Shown one piece after another: positions 38,220-49,648 of a stretch of DNA of 49,960 nucleotides. The stretch comes from an uncultured Eubacteriales bacterium (GTDB lineage Bacteria; Bacillota; Clostridia; Oscillospirales; CAG-272), in contig CASTST010000004.1 of NCBI GenBank assembly GCA_949451655.1, forward strand, positions 1 through 49,960, read 5' to 3'. The notes under the pieces were generated by a model that saw only the letters and a program-made list of their open reading frames with translations, did not search any database and had not been told where the DNA came from. Each line of letters begins with the position of its first letter. Position 1 is the stretch's first letter. The position numbers were made by a program, and so were the translations under genes.

Positions 38220-39068
38220 TCAGTCCTTTTTGTTCCTGCGTTGTATTTTGTCCCGAATTGCTTCAAAATGCAAAAAGTTTTTTCTTGGCTTCATATTTGG
38301 AAATGCACCAATCAAACGCCGCTGTAAAAGCGTGCTCTTCTTTGCCATTTCTTCATATTCATCTTTTTCTTTTTGCCCGTTCCTGGCTTCTTCCCGTTCC
38401 TTTTCCAGTTTTTCTTTTATGCGGTTCTTGCCATCCGTAAATCGGTCCCCAACCTCTTCACAAAATTCAGCCGCATTTTGCACAGCACGCGTAACCGTAT
38501 CGGTAAATTTCTGTGACTGTGCCTCCAGCTTTTTTGCCAGCCGATCCATACGCTCCAATTTTTTATTGAGTCCCAAAGCAGTGATAACGGAAATCACTGC
38601 ATCCGACAACAGCAGTGCACTGAGAATAGATGCAAGAATAATTCCCACCGGATACGGAATCAGATAAATCAGTCCATTCGTAAGCGGGAAAACCAACTTG
38701 ACAACAGCAACGCAGGCAAATCCCCACAATAGAGAAAACGGCAGGCATATGTATCCGCCAATATTCAACGGAAAATCGGAATAATCCCACCATTTATTAT
38801 GGAACAGCTTGTCCATGGCAAATCCGGTGATTAGCTCAATTCCGGAAGTAACTACTATGGAACCCAGCCACAAAACGATTAGATTTTTTTCAAAAGGAAC
38901 AGACAAAAGATAAATTAACCCTATGCCAAATCCATAAATCGGACAATAAGGACCGAGCAAAAAGCCACGGTTTACAAATTTCTTCGTAACAACAGCGGCA
39001 TATCCCACTTCTGCACACCAGCCGATAAATGCAAAAATAAAAAAATACCAAACAAAATGGTAGAACAT
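38220..39068 (-). CDS. Putative ABC-transporter permease (CmpB/DUF1113-like) with C-terminal coiled coil
   Basis: GWCAEV, NRGFLLGPYCPIYGFG, WWDYS, GYICLPFSLLWG, QRRLIGAFP. Confidence 0.85.
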   Translation of the reverse strand: MFYHFVWYFFIFAFIGWCAEVGYAAVVTKKFVNRGFLLGPYCPIYGFGIGLIYLLSVPFEKNLIVLWLGSIVVTSGIELITGFAMDKLFHNKWWDYSDFPLNIGGYICLPFSLLWGFACVAVVKLVFPLTNGLIYLIPYPVGIILASILSALLLSDAVISVITALGLNKKLERMDRLAKKLEAQSQKFTDTVTRAVQNAAEFCEEVGDRFTDGKNRIKEKLEKEREEARNGQKEKDEYEEMAKKSTLLQRRLIGAFPNMKPRKNFLHFEAIRDKIQRRNKKD

Positions 39069-39192
39069 AAAACCGTTCCTTTCCTGAAATTTTATATAAT
39101 AGTATACCTTAAAAATTGAGATTCGTCAATCCGTTGACAGAAATCTGCCCGCATGGTATCATATTGTATAACGAATTTGGTCAGCAGGTCAG

Positions 39193-39933
39193 GTGGATGA
39201 ATATATGAAAGAACAGCACGGGCGCACCGCACTTTTATTTGGAAATGCGGTAGAATGTTTATATAAATGCAGGGTTGCAGTTTTCGGCATCGGCGGCGTA
39301 GGCGGCGCCGTGGCGGAAGCCCTTGCCCGCAGCGGTATCGGACAGATAGATTTGATTGATGCAGATGTAATCAGTCTGTCCAATATCAATCGGCAAATTA
39401 TTGCATTGCACAGTACCGTTGGAAAATATAAAACGGATGTAATGGCAGACCGGATCCATGATATCGACCCGGATATTCAGGTGCAGTGTCACCGGATGTT
39501 TTATCTGCCGGAAACCGCGGCAGATTTTGATTTTTCTGCATACAATTATGTAATCGACGCGGTAGATACCGTCAGTGCAAAAATCTCCATTATACAGGAA
39601 GCAAAAGCGGCAGGCACTATGGTAATTTCCTCTATGGGTACCGGGAACAAAGTGGATCCCTCTGCATTTCAAGTTACAGACATTGCCAAAACGTCCGTGT
39701 GTCCCCTTGCAAGAGTCATGCGGATCGAGCTGCGCAAAAGAGGAATCACCAATGTGAAAGTAGTCTATTCCAAGGAAGAACCGCGAAAGCCGCTGGAAAA
39801 TGAAGCAGCGCCGGAAGGCAGCAGCAGGCGCAGCATTCCCGGAAGCTGCGCGTTTGTTCCACCAACAGCAGGACTATTGATAGCAGGCGAAGTGGTGCAG
39901 GATTTAATCAAACAAAAAGGCAGGAACGTGTAA
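39193..39933 (+). CDS. tcdA: tRNA threonylcarbamoyladenosine dehydratase (ThiF family)
   Basis: FGIGGVG, SNINRQ, DAVD, SSMGTGNK, CPLARVMR, YSKEEP; start at 39193 or 39205. Confidence 0.88.
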   Translation: MDEYMKEQHGRTALLFGNAVECLYKCRVAVFGIGGVGGAVAEALARSGIGQIDLIDADVISLSNINRQIIALHSTVGKYKTDVMADRIHDIDPDIQVQCHRMFYLPETAADFDFSAYNYVIDAVDTVSAKISIIQEAKAAGTMVISSMGTGNKVDPSAFQVTDIAKTSVCPLARVMRIELRKRGITNVKVVYSKEEPRKPLENEAAPEGSSRRSIPGSCAFVPPTAGLLIAGEVVQDLIKQKGRNV

Positions 39934-41150
39934 TGGCAATTCAGACACCGGCAGCAGACCGTCTGCGGCCAGCAGATTTTGATCAGGTTGCGGGGCAGCA
40001 GCACTTAGTAGGCGAAAGCGGAATACTGCGCCGTCTTTCTGACAGCGGACATTTCGGCAGTATGATCTTTTTTGGTCCTCCCGGCACAGGAAAGACCACT
40101 TGCGCGACAATTATCGCACAAAAATCCGGAATGGAGCTGCGCCGCCTGAATGCTACAACTGCTTCCCTTTCCGATGTAAAAGCCGTGGCTGCGGAAACAG
40201 AAGGACTGCTGGGACAAAACGGAATTTTGCTGTATTTGGATGAAATTCAATATTTTAATAAAAAGCAGCAGCAGTCGCTGCTGGAGTATATTGAAGACGG
40301 CAGAATTACGCTGATTGCTTCTACAACAGAAAATCCCTACTATTACATATACGACGCGCTTTTATCCCGGTGTTCCGTGTTTGAATTCCGCCCGGTATCT
40401 GCGCAGGACGTGTTTACCCATTTGCAGCGTGTGGCTGATACAATATGCAGCAATGGAGCAGATGAAAAAGCCCTTCAGTATGTTGCATCGGTGTGCGGCG
40501 GCGATGTCCGCCGGGCATTGACAATGCTGGAATGCGCCGGTGCGGCAGCAGGCGGCACAGTTACGGAAGACATCGTTCGCGCGCTGACGCCATCCGTCAT
40601 GGCGGGCAGCTTTGATCGGGACGGAGATGTACACTATGATCTTTTATCTGCACTGCAAAAATCTATACGGGGATCGGATCCGAACGCCGCAGTGTTTTAC
40701 CTTGCCCGCCTGCTGGAAGGCGGAGACTTAATCTCTCCATGCAGACGTTTACAGGTGATTGCCAGCGAAGATATCGGCGCGGCGTATCCTATGGCGGCAG
40801 TCATTACCCGGGCATGTGTGGAAAGCGCCCGGGAGCTTGGTCTGCCGGAAGCGCAAATTCCTCTGGCAAATGCGGCGGTCATGCTTGCCACCGCACCCAA
40901 ATCCAATACAACCTATGCGGCTGTCAACGCCGCTTTTGCAGATGTGCGCGCCGGCAAAGGTCGGGAGGTGCCAGATCATTTGCGCAGTCCGAAATTTGAA
41001 GGATATATTTATCCCCATGATTATCCCGGAAGATGGGTAGATCAGCAGTATTTGCCCACAGATTTAAAGGATCAGCAGTATTATCAGTTTGGCGAGAACA
41101 AAACGGAGCAAGCTGCCGCCGCCTATTGGGATAAGGTGAAAAAGAAATAA
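39933..41150 (+). CDS. rarA: Replication-associated recombination protein A (RarA/MgsA)
   Basis: GPPGTGKTT, LDEI, STTENP, ALQKSIRGSD, SEDIG, PKSN, YIYPHDY. Confidence 0.95.
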   Translation: MAIQTPAADRLRPADFDQVAGQQHLVGESGILRRLSDSGHFGSMIFFGPPGTGKTTCATIIAQKSGMELRRLNATTASLSDVKAVAAETEGLLGQNGILLYLDEIQYFNKKQQQSLLEYIEDGRITLIASTTENPYYYIYDALLSRCSVFEFRPVSAQDVFTHLQRVADTICSNGADEKALQYVASVCGGDVRRALTMLECAGAAAGGTVTEDIVRALTPSVMAGSFDRDGDVHYDLLSALQKSIRGSDPNAAVFYLARLLEGGDLISPCRRLQVIASEDIGAAYPMAAVITRACVESARELGLPEAQIPLANAAVMLATAPKSNTTYAAVNAAFADVRAGKGREVPDHLRSPKFEGYIYPHDYPGRWVDQQYLPTDLKDQQYYQFGENKTEQAAAAYWDKVKKK

Positions 41151-41155
41151 AAAAG

Positions 41156-41434
41156 CTACAGCACCTGCAAGCTTTTCAATATAGCGACACAGTCCGATAT
41201 TCCTTGATAATAGACACTTTCAATATCAATGCCGGCTCTTTGATTTTGCGTTTCCTCCAACTGGAACACCAGATTTTTGCTGTCCTGATCCAGCTTGCTC
41301 ATGATCTCATCCATTAACGCACCGCATTCTTTTGACAGTTTTCGATATTCAACATTAGAACAAAGATTCCCGGCTAACGCCACTTCTCTGCATTCCAAAA
41401 AAAACATTTCCAGATTCTTTTCAAACTTGTTCAT
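41156..41434 (-). CDS. Small helical hypothetical protein (DUF6809-like)
   Basis: AAGGAG RBS; C-terminal YYQGISDCVAILKSL pattern. Confidence 0.6.
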   Translation of the reverse strand: MNKFEKNLEMFFLECREVALAGNLCSNVEYRKLSKECGALMDEIMSKLDQDSKNLVFQLEETQNQRAGIDIESVYYQGISDCVAILKSLQVL

Positions 41435-41618
41435 AAAATGTTTACACTCCTTAAAATACATAATTAAATAATTAAATTCACTGTATAATGATATTATACA
41501 CACAAAATAAAATTTGTCAATATAAATTAGTTTATTTATTAGTGAAGTATATTAAAAATATTTGATTTTACACATTTTTGAATATATAATAATTACTATT
41601 AAAACAAAGGAGACCGTT

Positions 41619-41831
41619 ATGGGTGCCGCAGATAAAATCAGAATTATTTTAATAAAAAGAAACATGAAAATAAAAGATTTAGCCGAAAGTCTCGGATATA
41701 AGCAAAGCAACTTCAGCAATAAACTGCGAGATGATAATTTTTCAGAAAAGGATCTGATTCGAATTGCAGAGGTGTTAAATTGTGACTATACATCTCTCTT
41801 TACATTGAAAGACACTGGCGAACAGATCTGA
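41619..41831 (+). CDS. XRE-family HTH protein
   Basis: KIKDLAESLGYKQSNFSNKL; AAGGAG RBS. Confidence 0.85.
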   Translation: MGAADKIRIILIKRNMKIKDLAESLGYKQSNFSNKLRDDNFSEKDLIRIAEVLNCDYTSLFTLKDTGEQI

Positions 41832-41873
41832 GGATCAAATTTATATAAATGTTTATTGAAAAGAGGGAATACA

Positions 41874-42092
41874 TTGGCAATTGCAATAAAAATAAAAATG
41901 CTATTGGCTGCACGAGAAATGACCCTGCAAGATTTAGCAAATAAAATTACACCGAAAACATCTGCACAAAATATCAGTCAAAAATTAAAACGAGATAACT
42001 TTTCTGAAAAAGAATTACAAGCCATCGCAGCCGCTTGTGGTGCAACCTTTGAAGCAAATTTCGTATTAAATGATACAGGTAAAATTATATAG
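41874..42092 (+). CDS. XRE-family HTH protein, paralog of the upstream gene (TTG start)
   Basis: MTLQDLANKI..SAQNISQKLKRDNFSEKEL; GAGGG RBS. Confidence 0.8.
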   Translation: MAIAIKIKMLLAAREMTLQDLANKITPKTSAQNISQKLKRDNFSEKELQAIAAACGATFEANFVLNDTGKII

Positions 42093-42096
42093 AATT

Positions 42097-42835
42097 AAGC
42101 CCCCAGCAAAGGGGGATATTACAAGTCACGTCCAACAAAAAGCCTCCCTTGTGCAAAGGGAGGTGGCGCGGCGTAAGCCGTGTCGGAGGGATTGTTTAGC
42201 AATCCTCTGAGTTGTAAAATATCCAAAATGATAGCAGAACAATCCCCCACCCGCTCTGCGGGAGCCCCCTTTGCACAAGGGGGCCTTTTTACTGGATGAA
42301 GCTATTGCATGACAGCTCTCTTTGCACTAAGGACCTTTTTGCTGGGTAAAACTATTGCGTGACAGCTCTCTTTGCACTAAGGACCTTTTTGCTGGGTAAA
42401 ACTATTGCGTGACAGCTCTCTTTGCTGGGGGAAACTATCGTGTGACAGTTTCCTTTGCTAAGGATGCTTTTTGGTTGGATATAACCTATAGCAAGTTCCT
42501 TTACACAAAGGATCTTTTGGAGTAAATATTGTGCGAAAGCCCCGCTCACCCTAAGCCTCCCCCCAGTAAGAGGAAGTGGCGCGGCGCTTCCAACAAGTCA
42601 TAGAGGCTCCCTTGTGTAAAGGGAGCTGGCACAGCTATGCTGTGACTGAGGGATTGTTTAGCAATACTCTGAGTTGTAGAATATTCAAAATGACAGCAGA
42701 ACAATCCCCCACCCGCTCCGCGGGAGCCCCCTTTGCACAAGGGAGCCTTTTTACTCCTTTTTACTGGGTAGAGCTATTGTGTGACAGCCTCCTTTGCTGG
42801 AGATGCCTTTTTGTTGGATGTGACCTTTAGCGTGA
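42097..42835. repeat. R9: two near-identical doublets (42142-42290 and 42604-42750) with an internal 50-bp tandem repeat
   Basis: The two central/right-arm segments differ at about 5 positions; GACAGCTCTCTTTGC at 42311, 42361, 42411. Confidence 0.9.
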
Positions 42836-42960
42836 CCCCCTTTTTGTTTTATATAAAGAGCTTTTTATAATACACATTGAAGCCCGCATATTGAATTATA
42901 CCACTCTTTCCCTTTATAAAACAAACGCCTCCCTATGATAGAGAGGCGTTCTTTATAGCA

Positions 42961-44253
42961 TTACGGCTTATATTTCGTATACGTGTTGATTGCGTCAAAC
43001 ACAGGTTTATATTCAGACCACCCAAACGCAGTAACCAATATAAATCGGGGACGGGTATACGGCGCGTTTTCTTCCGTACAGGGAGCAGCAAAGGTGGCAA
43101 GACAATGCCGGGCTTCCGGAGTGTATCCGGTTTTTCCTCCCTGCACATACATTCCCTCCGCTTCTGTGCCTTCCATTCGGGAATACATGGTGCTGCGCAG
43201 TTCAATCCCTTCCGGATGCTCCGCAGTTGCCGTTGTTGTGTATTTGTATGTAGACAATATCTGCCGCAGTTCCGGAATGGAAATCGCATATTCCAAAATC
43301 AGCGCCATTTCATGACATGTAGAATAATGGTCATCGTCATGGAGTCCGCTGACTGTTACAAAGTGGGTATTTTCTAACCCCAGACGCTGTGCAGTTTCAT
43401 TCATCATCGCTGCAAATCCTGTTTCGCTGCCGGCAATTGCCAGCGCCAGACCAACTGTGGCATCCGCACCGGAAGGAAGGATCGTTCCATACAATAAGTC
43501 CCTGTATGGAACAGTCTCGCCCGGCTTAAATCCGGCTACAGACGCACCCGCCTGATACAACGGATCAAATATCTCCGCGGGGAAGGTATATGTGGCGTTT
43601 AAATCATCCAAATGTTCGTATGCAACAATCAGTGTCATGATCTTGGTCATAGAAGCTGGATAAATTTTGCTGTCCCCATTTTTGGAGGCAATCACCGTAT
43701 TGCTTTCAAGATCAATCAGAATTCCATATTCACTGTCGATTACCAAATCTTCCGTTTCATCTGAATACGAGGCAAACGTGGGAAACGCATCTGCCTTATC
43801 AGCGGTACCATCAAAGTTCTCCGCACGGTTTACCGTTTTCGGCGGCGCTGTGGTGACTGCGCCATCCGTATTTTTATTGGATGCACAGGACTGCACTGTA
43901 CTGATAATTATTGTTATCAAAATCAGCGCTGCAAATAAAGCTGCCAAAATAAAATTGCGACTGACAGGCTGTTTGGACTTTGCATGTGCAAAACCACTGC
44001 GGGGATGCAGCGTATTGTGTGCTGACCGTGCAATACGCTGCGCCCTCTCGTTCCGCAATGCATTCGGATTGGGTCTGTGTGCAGGTGCCTGCGCTCTATC
44101 TTTCCCGCCGAGCTGCTGCCGTTGAATCATCAGATCCGGCGAACGGCGCGCAGGAGGGGTTGAACGCGCCTGCTGCCGGACAGGTTTACGCATGTTTACA
44201 TTCCGATTGGGAGCAGGTCGCCGCATATTCTGTTTATCGGGCAAATGATTCAT
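42961..44253 (-). CDS. D-alanyl-D-alanine carboxypeptidase (peptidase S11) with basic N-terminal tail and TM anchor
   Basis: ASMTK (SxxK), PSGAD in place of SxN, GKTG. Confidence 0.88.
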   Translation of the reverse strand: MNHLPDKQNMRRPAPNRNVNMRKPVRQQARSTPPARRSPDLMIQRQQLGGKDRAQAPAHRPNPNALRNERAQRIARSAHNTLHPRSGFAHAKSKQPVSRNFILAALFAALILITIIISTVQSCASNKNTDGAVTTAPPKTVNRAENFDGTADKADAFPTFASYSDETEDLVIDSEYGILIDLESNTVIASKNGDSKIYPASMTKIMTLIVAYEHLDDLNATYTFPAEIFDPLYQAGASVAGFKPGETVPYRDLLYGTILPSGADATVGLALAIAGSETGFAAMMNETAQRLGLENTHFVTVSGLHDDDHYSTCHEMALILEYAISIPELRQILSTYKYTTTATAEHPEGIELRSTMYSRMEGTEAEGMYVQGGKTGYTPEARHCLATFAAPCTEENAPYTRPRFILVTAFGWSEYKPVFDAINTYTKYKP

Positions 44254-44412
44254 GGACGCCCCCTCCTAAAATAATATCAATCTATATTATTTTACAGGAA
44301 AAGCGTACATTCGTCAACAGATAGAGTGTAAATATATACGATGCAAAGCTATTTTTGCACAAAAATACATTGACAAAGGCGCAAAAATGTGCTATCATAA
44401 GCAAAGTTACAA

Positions 44413-44489
44413 GGGCCATTAGCTCAGTTGGTTAGAGCATCCGGCTCATAACCGGACGGTCCGGGGTTCGAGTCCCTGATGGCCCACCA
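44413..44489 (+). tRNA. tRNA with CAT anticodon, most likely tRNA-Ile2 (lysidine-modified)
   Basis: Cloverleaf with CCGGCT-CAT-AACCGG arm, G1-C72 pair, CCA end; resembles Firmicute Ile2 rather than fMet; TTGACA-17-TATCAT promoter at 44370-44398. Confidence 0.9.
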
Positions 44490-44575
44490 AAAACATCGCA
44501 TGATACTATTGCGGTGTTTTTTTATCTTTTACAGCACATTTCAAATCTGCTGCAATGTCTACAGAGGTGCTTCCA

Positions 44576-45328
44576 TTGAAAAAGAAATTCTTGAAGCTTT
44601 CGATTATAACGATCGGTGTTATTTTGACGTTCGGTATCATTTTCAGCGTTTTGATTTGGAACGGTGTAATCATACTAAATGAATCTGCTGCCAAAAAATA
44701 TCCTGTAACAGGCGTTGACGTTTCTTCTTATCAAGGTGAAATTGATTGGGAAATCTTATCTTCTCAAAATATTTCTTTTGCTTTTATAAAAGCTACCGAA
44801 GGCAGTTCTTTCGTTGATGAACATTTTGCATACAATTATGAGGAAGCAAGAAAAACAGATCTTGCAGTGGGAGCATATCACTTCTTCAGTTATGACAGCC
44901 CCGGCGCTACACAGGCTGAAAATTTTATAAACATCGTTACGCCTCATACCGGCATGCTGCCGCCCGTAATAGATCTTGAATTCTACGGCGATAAAGAAAA
45001 AAATCCGCCAGCAAGGGAAGATGTTTCTGTTCAACTGAAAGCGATGCTTACCAAACTGGAAGAACACTATAAACAAAAACCCATTCTTTACGCAACGGAA
45101 AAATCTTATGCCCTATACCTGGAAAACGACTACGGGGAATATGATATCTGGATTCGTAACGTACTGACAAAACCCAGGCTCTCTGATAACAGAGAGTGGA
45201 ATTTCTGGCAATATACCAATAGAAAGCGACTCAAAGGATATGTAGGAACAGAAAAATATATTGATGTAAATGTATATAATGGAACGATGGATGATTTTCA
45301 TAAATATGTCAGGTCAGGAGGAACATAA
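44576..45328 (+). CDS. GH25 lysozyme/muramidase with N-terminal membrane anchor
   Basis: GVDVSSYQG, IKATEG, GAYHFF, PVIDLE, FWQYT; GAGGTG RBS with TTG start. Confidence 0.9.
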   Translation: MKKKFLKLSIITIGVILTFGIIFSVLIWNGVIILNESAAKKYPVTGVDVSSYQGEIDWEILSSQNISFAFIKATEGSSFVDEHFAYNYEEARKTDLAVGAYHFFSYDSPGATQAENFINIVTPHTGMLPPVIDLEFYGDKEKNPPAREDVSVQLKAMLTKLEEHYKQKPILYATEKSYALYLENDYGEYDIWIRNVLTKPRLSDNREWNFWQYTNRKRLKGYVGTEKYIDVNVYNGTMDDFHKYVRSGGT

Positions 45329-45747
45329 TGATGGATTTCACATACGAAAAAGCCTGCGGTGCAATTCTTTACACAAGGGACAGCGGCGGCATTGAGTATC
45401 TTGTCATTCAAAGTATTGGCGGAATTTTCGGTTTTCCCAAGGGGCATATGGAAGAAAATGAAACGGAAATGGAAACTGCCATACGTGAAATATATGAAGA
45501 AGTTGGCATCATACCAAACTTCATAAACGGATTCAGAGAAATTGACGAGTACCCACTCCCTGATAAAAAAGGCGTTATGAAACAAATTGTTTATTTTTTG
45601 GCAGAATACAGCAATCAGACAGTTACTTATCAGAAGGATGAGTTGATCGGCGCTGAGCAAATGTCTTTTGAGGATGCAATTGCCTCGCTGCAATTTGATG
45701 AAATAAAAAAGATATTGACTAAAGCAAACAAATTTATTACAGACTGA
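45328..45747 (+). CDS. NUDIX hydrolase (Ap4A hydrolase-like)
   Basis: FPKGHMEENETEMETAIREIYEEVG Nudix box; TAATG coupling to the GH25 gene. Confidence 0.9.
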   Translation: MMDFTYEKACGAILYTRDSGGIEYLVIQSIGGIFGFPKGHMEENETEMETAIREIYEEVGIIPNFINGFREIDEYPLPDKKGVMKQIVYFLAEYSNQTVTYQKDELIGAEQMSFEDAIASLQFDEIKKILTKANKFITD

Positions 45748-45776
45748 AAAAGAGGGGGAAATTCCCCCTCTTTTTT
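45747..45776. terminator. Bidirectional terminator
   Basis: AAAAGAGGGGGAA-A-TTCCCCCTCTTTT between convergent NUDIX and gdhA. Confidence 0.75.
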
Positions 45777-45790
45777 AAAGCAAATTAAAA

Positions 45791-47158
<1,368 letters not shown>

Positions 47159-47343
47159 TTATTCAAGTTTGCTTTTTTATTTTACACGGGTTTTGCAAGT
47201 TTGTCAATACAAAATTGCAAATTTTACAAAAAATGCAGTTTCCTGTCATCGAAACCGCCCTAAAAAAGTATTCCTTGCAGTCTTTGCCGATTTATGTTAA
47301 AATAATTTTATTGTTTTCTTTACATAAGGAAGGAGTCTATCAA

Positions 47344-48429
47344 ATGTCCGAAGTTTATTTTTCGCCAATGGCGTTTTCCAGATATGAAGCGTCCCAGACG
47401 CTTCCCGAAAAATTCTCCCGCATGCTTGCAGCCTGCGGACTGGGAAAAGCCGTGCAGGGCAAGAAAGTCGCTATAAAAATGCATGTAGGGGACGGCGTTT
47501 CCTATTCCACCATCCCGCCGATCTTTGTGCGCAAGCTGGTACAATTTGTACAGGACAATGGCGGCGAATGTTTCATCACCGATCACTATGTGGCGCACCG
47601 GCGACCACACGAAAGGGGCTATTCCGAAGCAGGGTTGGGCTGTCCCGTACTGGACGACTGCGCCTATTTCGGAAAATATTTTTACACAATTGAAGCAGAC
47701 TATAAAAAGCTGCGGCATGTGGACGTTGCCGGTTTGATTTATGATGCGGATTTCATGATTGATTTCTCTCATGTAAAAGGACACGGCGCATGCGGATACG
47801 GCGGTGCGTGCAAAAATATTGCCATGGGATGTGTAACGGACCGCACCCGGCACGAGCTGCATTCTCTGGAAGGAGGACTTTTGTGGGACGCTGACAAATG
47901 CGTGCACTGCAACAAGTGTCTGGATGCATGCAACCACTATGCCAATCATTTCGGGCAGGACGGTGCATACCATGTAAATTATCACAACTGCACCCTGTGC
48001 CAGCACTGCGCCAAAGTCTGTCCTACAAACGCAATTACATTGGACTCCCACGACTATACAGACTTCCAGACTGGCATGGCGCTGTGCACCAAAGCCGTTT
48101 GCGACACCTTTGCACCGAAAAGTATTTTCTATATCAATGTGCTCACACAAATCACCGCCTTGTGCGACTGCTGGGGCATGACTACACCAGCTCTTGTTCC
48201 GGATATCGGTATTATGTCCAGTTGGGACATGGTTTCTGTTGAACAGGCATCTGTGGACGCAGTCAAGCTGGAAAATCTGATTCCTGAGGGAATCCCGCAA
48301 GGAATGGAGCTAAAACCGGAAGGGCATCTCTTCTACCGGCTTCACGGAAAAGATCCATATGTGCAAATTGAAAAATTAGAAGAAGTCGGACTTGGCACAA
48401 AGGATTATACATTAACGATAATAAAATAG
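47344..48429 (+). CDS. DUF362 domain protein with a 2x[4Fe-4S] ferredoxin insert
   Basis: KMHVG, SHVKGH, GGACKNIAMG, CVHCNKCLDAC, CTLCQHCAKVCP, CDCW; AAGGAG RBS. Confidence 0.85.
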   Translation: MSEVYFSPMAFSRYEASQTLPEKFSRMLAACGLGKAVQGKKVAIKMHVGDGVSYSTIPPIFVRKLVQFVQDNGGECFITDHYVAHRRPHERGYSEAGLGCPVLDDCAYFGKYFYTIEADYKKLRHVDVAGLIYDADFMIDFSHVKGHGACGYGGACKNIAMGCVTDRTRHELHSLEGGLLWDADKCVHCNKCLDACNHYANHFGQDGAYHVNYHNCTLCQHCAKVCPTNAITLDSHDYTDFQTGMALCTKAVCDTFAPKSIFYINVLTQITALCDCWGMTTPALVPDIGIMSSWDMVSVEQASVDAVKLENLIPEGIPQGMELKPEGHLFYRLHGKDPYVQIEKLEEVGLGTKDYTLTIIK

Positions 48430-48483
48430 ACACTGGTACATTTTTATCATAATATAATAAAAAAATTTCACCAAGAGGCGCAT

Positions 48484-49239
48484 ATGACGAGCAATCTGGA
48501 AATACTATATACAAAGCGGATCAATACGATCTTTTTTGATTTGGATGCAACCCTGGTTCCCTATGTACAGGCTGAACTGACAGACGCATATTTCGGCGAT
48601 CTGCACAAGTTTGCTGCGAAAAAGCTGGGCAGCGACGCAGCAGTACGGTTCGATGACGCGGCTATGAAGGGCTTTCGCGCAATGAAGCAAAATGACGGAA
48701 GCATGCAGAATATCCAGTTGTTTCGCAGTGTGTTTTATCAGGAGTGGCAGGACTTCCCTTTTGATGTAGAAGCCTTTTATGAGGAATTTTACAACGGTCC
48801 TTTCGACGCGGTAAAGCGGGTTCTCCACTATCGCGGCAGTGAAAAAAGCCTTCTGCATAGTCTGCGTGAAAAAGGATACAAGCTGGTGTGCGCCACAAAT
48901 CCGGTATTTCCCCTGTCCGCCAATCGCCGGCGTATGTCCTGGGCAGGAATTGCGCCTGAGGACTTCGACTATATCACCAATTCCGACAATTGTCATTATT
49001 GCAAACCGTCAGCCGGCTATTTCAAAGAAGCGGCCGCGGCAGTGGATTCATCGCCCGAACTATGTCTGATGGTTGGCAATGATACAGTGGACGATATGGG
49101 AGCTTTGGACGCAGGCATGCAGGTGATCCTGATAACCGACTATCTGCATATGCGGGGTGAGCGATCATTGGATCAGGCAGGAACAATGGACTTTGCATCT
49201 TTTTTACAGTTCGCACAGATGCTGCCGGCAGTGGATTGA
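48484..49239 (+). CDS. HAD-superfamily hydrolase
   Basis: FFDLDATL, ATNPVFP, CKP, MVGNDTVDD. Confidence 0.85.
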   Translation: MTSNLEILYTKRINTIFFDLDATLVPYVQAELTDAYFGDLHKFAAKKLGSDAAVRFDDAAMKGFRAMKQNDGSMQNIQLFRSVFYQEWQDFPFDVEAFYEEFYNGPFDAVKRVLHYRGSEKSLLHSLREKGYKLVCATNPVFPLSANRRRMSWAGIAPEDFDYITNSDNCHYCKPSAGYFKEAAAAVDSSPELCLMVGNDTVDDMGALDAGMQVILITDYLHMRGERSLDQAGTMDFASFLQFAQMLPAVD

Positions 49240-49314
49240 CAAAAAATCAAAAAAATCAGAAAAAGATCCGAGAGGGTCTTTTTCTTTTTTTATATGAAAA
49301 TGCACCGCTGTAAA

Positions 49315-49592
49315 AGGCCCCCCGGTAAAGGGAACTCTCGCAAAGCACAAATTCAAAAAAAGGCTCCCATGTGAGGATTCACTACGTGGCTCCATAGGGA
49401 GCTCCCGCAAAGCGGGTGAGGGATTGTAAAACTATCATTTTAAATTCTCTTATAAATCGACCGTCCATACAAACAATCCCCCCATCACGGCAAAGCCGTG
49501 ATTTTCCCCCCTTTGCACAAGGGGGGCTTAACCACGCTACAGGACACGACAGCTCTCTATGGAGCCGCGAAGCGGATTCACAAAGGAGCCTT
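49315..49592. repeat. Palindromic repeat cluster R10
   Basis: GGCTCCC..GGGAGC-CCCGCAAAGCGGG-TGAGGGATTGT..ACAATCCC-ATCACGGCAAAGCCGTGAT-CCCCTTTGCACAAGGGGG. Confidence 0.88.
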
Positions 49593-49648
49593 ATAAAGTA
49601 TGTGCAATAGATATCATCAAACACGGCAGAACGGAGGCACAGACACCA

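Noticed and set aside
42302-42450. Possible CRISPR array (also considered for 35820-36022 and 11264-11553)
   Set aside because: No constant 23-47 bp repeat with unique spacers, the intervals are duplicated or palindromic, and there are no cas genes.
44576-45328. GH25 as a prophage endolysin
   Set aside because: It has an N-terminal membrane anchor and no holin, structural or integrase genes nearby.
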